From Alphaproteobacteria bacterium (GTDB lineage Bacteria; Pseudomonadota; Alphaproteobacteria; UBA8317): a stretch of DNA of 17,811 nt. The stretch is taken from assembly GCA_038131935.1 (NCBI GenBank), contig JAYPQH010000008.1, positions 1 to 17,811 on the forward strand, given 5' to 3'. The position numbers and the translations under genes are program-made. This document shows positions 11,201 to 17,811 of this stretch, piece after piece. The notes beneath the pieces are model-generated. The model was not told the origin of the DNA. It did no database searches and saw only the letters and a list, made by a program, of their open reading frames with translations. Each line of letters starts with the position of its first letter. Position 1 is the stretch's first letter.

Positions 11201-13348
11201 ATGAGCTCAACTTTCGTTGAAAATTGGTTCAAGGTAGCTCCCTTACAATTGGGATTGCTGCCAACAGTTGAAGTTCATAAGCAACGCTACAGAAATCATA
11301 TTTGGTATGTTTTGCATGACAGAGGTGGTGACAAATATTTTCGGGTAACCCCCCAAGCCTATAGTTTTCTGTTGCGTTTAAGGCCAGACCAAACGGTTGA
11401 TGAAATTTGGATGCAAGCTGTTGAAGAAGCCCCTGAAGAGGTACCCTCCCAACAAGAGGTTATGCAGCTACTTGCGCAGCTCCATCATAACAACCTTCTT
11501 TTTTTTCGCTCAGAAGCTGACAGCGAAGCGATATTTGCCCGTTTTGCCAAGGGTCGAGAGCGTGAGTTCTTAAGCCATTTAATGGCTTTTATTTACTTTA
11601 AAATACCCGTTTGGAACCCAGATGCCTTCCTTGATCGTTGGCGCCATGTGTTGGGGCCAATATTTGGTTGGGTGGGCTTTGCAGTTTGGCTATTTCCAGC
11701 ACTATTTGCCTTGGGCTTACTTCTTGATGATTGGGGGCGGGTATCTGCCCAAGCCGCAGGCTTAATTTCATGGGAAAATTTACCGTTACTCTACGCAGCC
11801 ATTTTTATCATGAAGTTGTTCCATGAAATGGCGCATGCTATCGTTTGTAAACGATATGGAGGTCATGTCTACACACTTGGATTGATGTTTATTGTTTTCA
11901 CACCGCTACCTTATGTTGATGCAAGTTCATCATGGTCGATGCGGCAACAAAAACATCGAATTCATGTAGGTGTTGCAGGCATGTATACGGAAATATTCTT
12001 TGCCAGTGTGGCATGTATTGCCTGGTACTATGTAGGACCAGGTATTCTCAGTGGATTTCTTTTTAATGTGATGGTGGCTGGATCAATTTCAGCCGTTATA
12101 TTCAATGGTAACCCACTCTTGCGTTTTGATGCTTATTTTATGCTCTCAGATGCATTAAACTTACCAAACCTCTACCAAAAATCTTCACAACAATGGTTGT
12201 ACTGGGCCGATCGTTATGCGCTTGGCACTGTAGGTGCGACCCCTCCGAGTGATCACCCTAATGAACAGAAAATCTTTGCGCTGTATGGTGTTTTAAGTTT
12301 TGCCTACCGTATGGTGGTCATGGTTTTTATTACTCAAGTTCTTGCTGATTTGTGGCTAGGTTTTGGAGCCATGATGATTGGTATGCTCTTGATGGTTTGG
12401 GTGGTGATGCCACTGTTTAAGCTTTTAAGACATCTCCTCCGCAACCCTTTAACCCGTCCCAATCAAATGCGTGCCATTTCTGTGTGTTTGGGTATTTTTA
12501 TAAGCTTGGTAGGTGGCTTAGGGTTTATTCCCATTCCTGATGCTTTAGAGGCGCCAGGTGTTGTGCAATCCGTGAGCAAACAAACTTTATATACTATTGC
12601 TCGTGGCCGTATTGAGAATGTTCATGTGCGCCATGGTGATTGGGTCTCACAGGGGGACATTCTTGTAGAGATGAGCAATACAGATCTTGATCAAAATATT
12701 GCACGCATTGATTATCAACTCGAAGAATTTAATTGGAGATTACGCGCAGCGAGGAGAAACCGGGATATTGACCCTGGTCCTATACTTCAACAAACCCAAG
12801 CCCTTCTTGAGCGTAAGGCAGATTTACTACGGCAACAAAATAGCCTCATTGTTCGTGCGCCTCAATCAGGCATTTTTTCTGCGCCATCTCTTGGCTCACG
12901 TGTGGGAAGCTTCATTGCCCGTGGTGAGGAGCTGGCCACCATCATTGACGAAAGAGAGTTTCGCCTGTCAACGGTGGTGACACAGGATGATGTATCAACA
13001 TTGTTTGATGGTCGTGATCTTGATGTAGAGGTGCGGTTGCATGCCAAACCAGGTATCGTCTTTTATCCAGAAAATGTGAGCTTGATACCCTTTCAACGAT
13101 TTATTCTTCCTTCGCCAGCCATGAGTATACCTGGTGGTGGCGACATTGCGGTTCAACGTGATGCCGAAGGGGTGGAGCGCGCCATTGAACCTTTTTTTGA
13201 ACTACAAGCACCCTTGAAAAAGCTTGAAGGGGTGCGGTTACAGGAGGGTTTATTGGCCACCGCGCGCATAGCTCTAGAGCCCAAGCCATTGATCAGTAGA
13301 TGGGTGCGGGATATTTCTCAGACACTTCAGCGACGCTACCAACTATAA
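11201..13348 (+). CDS. Site-2 protease (peptidase M50) fused to N-terminal PqqD/RRE-like domain and C-terminal HlyD-type adaptor (~715 aa)
   Basis: ATG 11201 is 4 nt after the previous stop. HExxH = HEMAH (11822-11836) lies in a hydrophobic segment; third-ligand motif NGNPLLRFDAY (12104-12136); multiple TM segments; then 'GRIENVHVRHGDWVSQGDILV', a coiled coil and 'VRAPQSGIF'. Confidence 0.88.
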   Translation: MSSTFVENWFKVAPLQLGLLPTVEVHKQRYRNHIWYVLHDRGGDKYFRVTPQAYSFLLRLRPDQTVDEIWMQAVEEAPEEVPSQQEVMQLLAQLHHNNLLFFRSEADSEAIFARFAKGREREFLSHLMAFIYFKIPVWNPDAFLDRWRHVLGPIFGWVGFAVWLFPALFALGLLLDDWGRVSAQAAGLISWENLPLLYAAIFIMKLFHEMAHAIVCKRYGGHVYTLGLMFIVFTPLPYVDASSSWSMRQQKHRIHVGVAGMYTEIFFASVACIAWYYVGPGILSGFLFNVMVAGSISAVIFNGNPLLRFDAYFMLSDALNLPNLYQKSSQQWLYWADRYALGTVGATPPSDHPNEQKIFALYGVLSFAYRMVVMVFITQVLADLWLGFGAMMIGMLLMVWVVMPLFKLLRHLLRNPLTRPNQMRAISVCLGIFISLVGGLGFIPIPDALEAPGVVQSVSKQTLYTIARGRIENVHVRHGDWVSQGDILVEMSNTDLDQNIARIDYQLEEFNWRLRAARRNRDIDPGPILQQTQALLERKADLLRQQNSLIVRAPQSGIFSAPSLGSRVGSFIARGEELATIIDEREFRLSTVVTQDDVSTLFDGRDLDVEVRLHAKPGIVFYPENVSLIPFQRFILPSPAMSIPGGGDIAVQRDAEGVERAIEPFFELQAPLKKLEGVRLQEGLLATARIALEPKPLISRWVRDISQTLQRRYQL

Positions 13349-13353
13349 CAGCC

Positions 13354-15273
13354 ATGACACGTTTTGTGCCTCCTCGAATGCAGCATGCTGAGCGACTTCT
13401 TCTTGAAGATGAAATTTCTGGATTTTATTCACTGCTTAAAACCAAATGGAGTGTGTTGGGGATGCGTCAACGTATTGCATCCGTTCGGGATCATTTGTTT
13501 ATTTATGACCGATTGGATGATGCAGACTTGACTGTGCAAACCCAGCAGGTCGCACAGCGTGCTCGTACGCATATCCATCAAAAACATTTTCAAGAGCAGG
13601 CCATTGCAGTCACGACCAGTTGGATGCGGAGACGTTTGGGCATGGCTGCTTATGATGTTCAATTATCAGGTGCTTTACATCTTTTATCTGGGCGTCTGGT
13701 CCAATTGGCACCGGGAGAGGGTAAAACGCTTACGATTGGTTTGGCTGCAGGGGTGATGGGCTGGACGGGAAATCCTTGCCATATATTTACAGCGAATGAG
13801 TATCTTGCTTGGCGTGACGCGCGTGATCTTCAGCCATTTTACAACGCCCTTGGACTTCGTGCAGGCGCAATAGCCGTTGATGCGAAACCACAAGATAAAT
13901 TTGAGGCTTATCGCTGTGATGTAACCTACGTTACGGCTAAGCAAGTGTTGGCAGATTACTTACTGGAAAAAATCAGACTAGGCGGTCACCTGACGTCCCT
14001 AAATATGGCAATTAACGATATTGTAAATCCTGATGTTTTGCTTATGCGTGGTCTGCATACTGCGATTGTTGACGAAGCAGACAGTATTCTCATTGATGAA
14101 GCGACAACCCCTCTCATTATCTCAGCGCCCCATCCTAATCCTTTGTTGGTTCAAAGTGTAAAAAAAGCGCAAGCACTTGTTTCTCAATTTGTTGAGCATG
14201 TCCATTATCGCATGATTCATGACCCAGTTGGTATTCACATGACAGAGGCTGGCTATGATTTGGTTGAAAAATGCAAAGTGCAGTTACCAGGCATATGGCG
14301 ATTTCAAGTGCGTGCTGAGGAGTTGTTTCATCAAGCCTTGATGGCGCGTGATCATTTTAAAAAAGATGAGCATTTTGTTGTTGAAGATGGTAAAGTTATT
14401 ATTGTCGATGAGTCTACGGGACGACAAATGCCAGGTCGCAGTTGGTCCTATGGATTGCAGCAGGCTATTGAGGCGCAACAGGGGTTAGACATAACTGATC
14501 CGAGCAAGACTGAAGATGCCATGAGTTTTCAGGATTTCTTCCGATCTTATCATTTCCTATGTGGCGCTAGTGGAACCTTGCAACAAACAGGGGGAGAATT
14601 GTGGCGTATTTTCCGATTGCAGAGGGTAACAATTCCGTCTCGTCTGCCTAGTAAACTCAACATTCATCCTTGGATCTTTTGTCAAACAAAGCGTGAGAAA
14701 ATAGATAGATTGATAGATGAAATTAAAAGGCGCCATGCATTGGGACAGCCGATATTGGTGGGAACGCGTAGAGTTGCAGATTCAGAGTGGGTCTCTCAAC
14801 GCCTTTGGGAAGAAGGCTTGGTGCATTCTTTGCTCAATGCCAAAACCTATGAGGCAGAGGATGCTATCGTTGCTCAGGCTGGTCAGAAGGGGTCTATTTG
14901 TGTGGCCACGAATATGGCAGGCCGTGGTACCGATATAAAAATTTCCTCAGCAGGTTTGCAGCTGGGGGGATTATGTGTCTTGATGTTTGAGCCCCATGAG
15001 GCAGCGCGGATAGACTGGCAGTTGTTTGGCCGCGCTGGGCGGCAAGGACAAGTAGGTGAGGTTGTACCTTTCGTTTGTCCAGAGGACGATCTTTGGACGA
15101 AAGGTTTGGGAACTGCACGCATATTTTTGCGTTATCTTGATCAGCCTTGGTTTACCTCTCACTTGGTTCGCTTCTGTCAATCACAGCGCCAGCGTGTAGC
15201 ATCACGCTTGCGACATAGGCTGAGACAATCCCAAAAACGACAACAAGACCTGATCAGTTTTTCCAAAAATTGA
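13354..15273 (+). CDS. Accessory, C-terminally truncated SecA-like ATPase (SecA_DEAD + preprotein cross-linking + NBD2; ~639 aa)
   Basis: SecA motifs: YDVQL.G, QLAPGEGKT (Walker A, 13702-13728), TANEYLAWRD, AYRCDVTY, IVDEADSILIDEA.TPLIIS (DEAD at 14071-14082), IVDESTGR.MPGRSWS.GLQQAIEA, FQDFFR.Y..LCGASGT, GQPILVGT, LLNAK, ATNMAGRGTDI, QLFGRAGRQG. The protein ends ~70 aa after motif VI. ATG 13354 is 5 nt after the upstream stop. Confidence 0.92.
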   Translation: MTRFVPPRMQHAERLLLEDEISGFYSLLKTKWSVLGMRQRIASVRDHLFIYDRLDDADLTVQTQQVAQRARTHIHQKHFQEQAIAVTTSWMRRRLGMAAYDVQLSGALHLLSGRLVQLAPGEGKTLTIGLAAGVMGWTGNPCHIFTANEYLAWRDARDLQPFYNALGLRAGAIAVDAKPQDKFEAYRCDVTYVTAKQVLADYLLEKIRLGGHLTSLNMAINDIVNPDVLLMRGLHTAIVDEADSILIDEATTPLIISAPHPNPLLVQSVKKAQALVSQFVEHVHYRMIHDPVGIHMTEAGYDLVEKCKVQLPGIWRFQVRAEELFHQALMARDHFKKDEHFVVEDGKVIIVDESTGRQMPGRSWSYGLQQAIEAQQGLDITDPSKTEDAMSFQDFFRSYHFLCGASGTLQQTGGELWRIFRLQRVTIPSRLPSKLNIHPWIFCQTKREKIDRLIDEIKRRHALGQPILVGTRRVADSEWVSQRLWEEGLVHSLLNAKTYEAEDAIVAQAGQKGSICVATNMAGRGTDIKISSAGLQLGGLCVLMFEPHEAARIDWQLFGRAGRQGQVGEVVPFVCPEDDLWTKGLGTARIFLRYLDQPWFTSHLVRFCQSQRQRVASRLRHRLRQSQKRQQDLISFSKN

Positions 15274-15348
15274 TGATATGTCGATTTTTAGAAGGTATCT
15301 TTAGTTAGATTCAAGAATGTTGGGCAAACCATAGCTGCATTTACCGAG

Positions 15349-15377
15349 GTTTGGCCAATGTTTGGCCAATGTTTGGC
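15349..15377. repeat. 11-bp tandem direct repeat GTTTGGCCAAT x2.6 with palindromic TTGGCCAA core
   Basis: gtttggccaat|gtttggccaat|gtttggc read directly in the intergenic region. Confidence 0.85.
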
Positions 15378-15389
15378 ATGAACATGGCG
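15373..15389 (+). promoter_or_regulatory. Possible sigma-54 (-24/-12) promoter for the downstream giant-protein gene
   Basis: TTGGCATGAACATGGCG has a good -24 box (TTGGCATG) and GG-N10-GC spacing, but -12 is TGGC rather than TTGC. Confidence 0.3.
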
Positions 15390-15406
15390 GTCGTAGCTGT
15401 TTGTTT

Positions 15407-15426
15407 TGCGTAGCATAGGCTACGTA
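15407..15426. other. Short inverted repeat / hairpin TGCGTAGC-atag-GCTACGTA
   Basis: 6-bp perfect stem (CGTAGC/GCTACG) extendable to 8 with one G-U pair; no U-tract following on either strand. Confidence 0.5.
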
Positions 15427-15649
15427 TGAGAAGATGAGATGGATTAAATGACCAGGGTTGTTGGATTCCAAAATATAATGCTCCAAAGATCTAAGGCTGT
15501 CCGCGATCCTTTGAATGTAATGTTTCCTCGCAATAAACGTAATTTTGTATGCGTTGTTTCATAACTCGTTGATTTATAACTTCATATTTTTTTTCAAGCA
15601 TGTATAGTTGGGGTAATAATAAATAAAAACAAAGCATAAGCGCATTGTG

Positions 15650-15654
15650 GGAGG
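15650..15654 (+). promoter_or_regulatory. Shine-Dalgarno (GGAGG) for the second giant-protein gene
   Basis: gtgGGAGGgacgttttATG, ATG at 15663. Confidence 0.75.
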
Positions 15655-15662
15655 GACGTTTT

Positions 15663-17811
15663 ATGTCTGGTTCTAATACAATTTCCTCTGCCCAATTTGG
15701 GGCATTATCCACCGGGTTTCATGTGCTGGCGCAAAGACTTGACGACGCGCAAGAGTATCTCCATTTGGATTTGGAACTCTCAGCTTTATCCCAACCTCTT
15801 GCGACATTAAGTGGATATGCAGTTGATTTTCATGAGGGAATTGCCAATGCTGTGGCAAACATTTCCGTTAATACGGATAGTAGCTTTGATGATGTTGCCG
15901 GTTATCTTTCAACAGCCATATCAGGATTTGGAGAATTTGACGTCCATGATGTTACCTATAGTCTAGATAATTCTATTATAGGACGACAGGTAGCTTGGTT
16001 CGATATTGATGTTTCCAAAACCAACGTCCTCTTCAGACTATATGTTGGATTTATCTTCGTTGAATGGCTTCCATTAGGTGGAACTCGCTGTTGATTTTGA
16101 AACAGCCTTTGGTAAGGGATATGGGTTGGTGTTGATCTTGCGCAGGCAGCTGGAAGCATAGATCAAGCAATATTGTTTGATATCGATGATTTTGGGATCG
16201 ACTTGAATGTTGATCAGATCGTTGAAGATGTTTTTGCAAGCTATGGCGTTTATGACTGGTATTCAGACACGCCGTTGGTTTGCAGGCAGGGTTAAATTGA
16301 TTTGATCGAAATGTTGATGGTTTTGTTGAGCTTGGGGCATTGAGTTCTCTCAGCTATGATCAGCTTTTTGATATTCAACCTTCGGATCTCGCATCATTGG
16401 TGCAGGATTTTGAGGTTGCCATTCCTTTTTCGTTAGATGTGGCAGGTTTTGATCAATTTGGTGAGGCGCTAGAGCTTGTTATAGAAGCCGATAATATCTT
16501 TGACCCCGAGACATTTTTGCTCTCATTACCAGATCTGACCATAGACGGTGCAGCTTTTGATTTTCAAAGTTCGCCGACATGTCTGTTGCAGAAATAGGCG
16601 CCTATTTGGTTGAACTCGTGCAATTGTTGCCCACAACACTTGAGCAGTGGGACCTTCCTTTCCTTGAGGACTCCATGGCGCAATTGATGGATCTTCAAGA
16701 AGAACTTGAGCTTTTTGTGGATGGGTTTCGAGATGAATTTGGAAACTGGACCTTCGATGGAATTCAAATATCTGTTCAGCAAATGACTTGAGCGCTTGAG
16801 CAAAGACTGAAGATTTAGGTTCGCCAGGCTCTATTGATATCAACCTAACATGGAATGATGCTCAAGATGCTTTAGAATGGACTTTCCCATACCAAACGAG
16901 TTTCGATATTGAAGAACAGTTTGCTCTAGAGGGGTTGCTCCCAGACAATTTGGCGGGTGCATCTGTTCTGGAGCTGGGGAGCTTTCGCTTGAAGGAAATG
17001 TTGCATTTAACCTAACGGGTGGCTTTTGCGCTTGCCAATAGCGCCAATGTAGATCCTGTGGATGGATTGACATTACTCACAGATATAAATTCAGGCATAG
17101 GTTTGATAGGTGCCGGTTTGCTTGCTGAAGAAGCAGATATGCGCATCCAGCTGTCTGATGGCCGTGTGTTAGAAATTGATCTTGATGGCGCCTACTCAAA
17201 ACTTATCCAGCTGGATGATACGGAAATAGCTCTAGCTGCAACAGGTGTGGAAAACCTTGGCGGCAGCGCAACGGTTCAGGATTTGCTAGACCTTTTCAAT
17301 GATCTTGGAACGATCAATAGTGGTGGTAGTGACGAAATTCTCCTGGATGTGGATGTGCAAGATAGCAGACTTGTGTTCACAGATCATACGTCTGGAGCGG
17401 AAGATTTTGCGATTTTTGCAGCAACATTAGAAGCAAGTACTTACTATGTGTTGATATCACATCATCTACAGCCCTCTGAGTTGGGGCCATGGGGCAGATG
17501 AAAGTCAGAATGCCACGGGGCTTGCTACCCTCACCGGACATTCTCTTGAATCGCTATCTTTTGCCGATCGCGTTTTTGTGCGCGAAACATCAGAAACTGA
17601 TACGCCTTTGGTGAATGCGTCTTTGCTACTGTCTGCACAAGCTGCAGGGGGATTTTCTGTAGGACCATTCTCTTATGCCATCGAAAATGCCGATCTTGAG
17701 GGTTACACAGGGTATCATGTAGATCTTTTGGATCCCGCAACAGGTTTGGATGATGGTTATATTTTCCTTTCTGAGCTTGATGATGCTGCCCTCAGCGATG
17801 TCTTAGAAGAC
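15663..17811 (+). CDS. 5' part of a second very large acidic secreted/surface protein, heavily frameshifted, running off the window end
   Basis: Strong RBS + ATG 15663 (MSGSNTISSAQFGAL…). ORFs 15645-16094, 16340-16597, 16579-16791, 17019-17501 and the unlisted intervening frames give continuous D/E/L/F/G-rich protein-like sequence (e.g. VGVDLAQAAGSIDQAILFDIDDFGIDLNVD; GSPGSIDINLTWNDAQDALEW; EGYTGYHVDLLDPATGLDDGYIFLSELDD at the window end). Confidence 0.7.

Noticed and set aside
11201-11510. RiPP/bacteriocin biosynthetic cluster suggested by RRE-like + protease + HlyD
   Set aside because: No precursor peptide, modifying enzyme or peptidase-containing ABC transporter is visible in the window.
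9251-13353. Longer ORF-track starts at 9251, 11117 and 13300 (and TTG 7095, TTG 15645)
   Set aside because: The first three extensions overlap upstream genes. ATGs at 9362, 11201, 13354, 7101 and 15663 fit translational coupling or RBS position better.
13354-15273. Calling this the housekeeping secA
   Set aside because: It is too short, lacks the C-terminal scaffold/wing/zinc-binding region, has a variant Walker A, and is not in the usual secA context. Gene symbol withheld.
15349-15377. CRISPR array or IS end
   Set aside because: The repeats are 11 bp, directly abutting with no spacers, and no cas or transposase gene is present.
15407-15426. Intrinsic terminator for the secretion operon
   Set aside because: The T-rich tract lies 5' of the stem on the + strand, so neither strand has a U-tract after the hairpin.
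15474-15608. Sigma-70 promoters (TATAAT at 15474-15479; TTCATA-16-TATAGT at 15581-15608)
   Set aside because: The first has no -35 or extended -10; the second is a weak match in AT-rich DNA where such matches arise by chance.
1277-16791. Genome-wide UGA reassignment (code 4/25) or selenocysteine to explain the in-frame TGAs
   Set aside because: About 9 kb of operon genes contain many TGG and GGN codons and no internal TGA, and TGA serves as the stop at 6273, 9372 and 15273. The giant proteins have no redox context and no obvious SECIS hairpin follows the codons.
97-17740. Numerous minus-strand and short alternate-frame ORFs (e.g. 97-603, 10653-11210, 4297-4590, 15301-15486, 15491-15712)
   Set aside because: They are antisense or off-frame shadows of well-supported + strand genes, or short intergenic ORFs without recognisable motifs or RBS.

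Overview
All credible genes are on the + strand. The core (6343-15273) is a tightly packed six-gene operon: a SapC-family protein, a TolC-family outer-membrane channel, a signal-peptide membrane-fusion/adaptor protein (MFP), a GAF-like+TM+HlyD adaptor (one apparent frameshift), a site-2 protease (M50, HEMAH) fused to an N-terminal PqqD/RRE-like domain and a C-terminal HlyD adaptor, and a short (about 639 aa) accessory SecA-like ATPase lacking the C-terminal scaffold/wing domains. The operon contains no ABC transporter and no SecY paralogue. It is flanked by two very large, acidic, repeat-rich surface-protein genes: the 3' ~6.3 kb of one (1-6273) and the 5' ~2.1 kb of another (15663 to window end). 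Both are broken by many frameshifts and a few in-frame stops, most likely low-accuracy long-read errors. The best reading is an ABC-less, type-I-like export system for giant proteins, possibly powered by the truncated SecA. To my recollection this cluster type has been described bioinformatically (SecA_DEAD + T1SS-related proteins) but not characterised mechanistically. No rRNA, tRNA, CRISPR or mobile element was seen.
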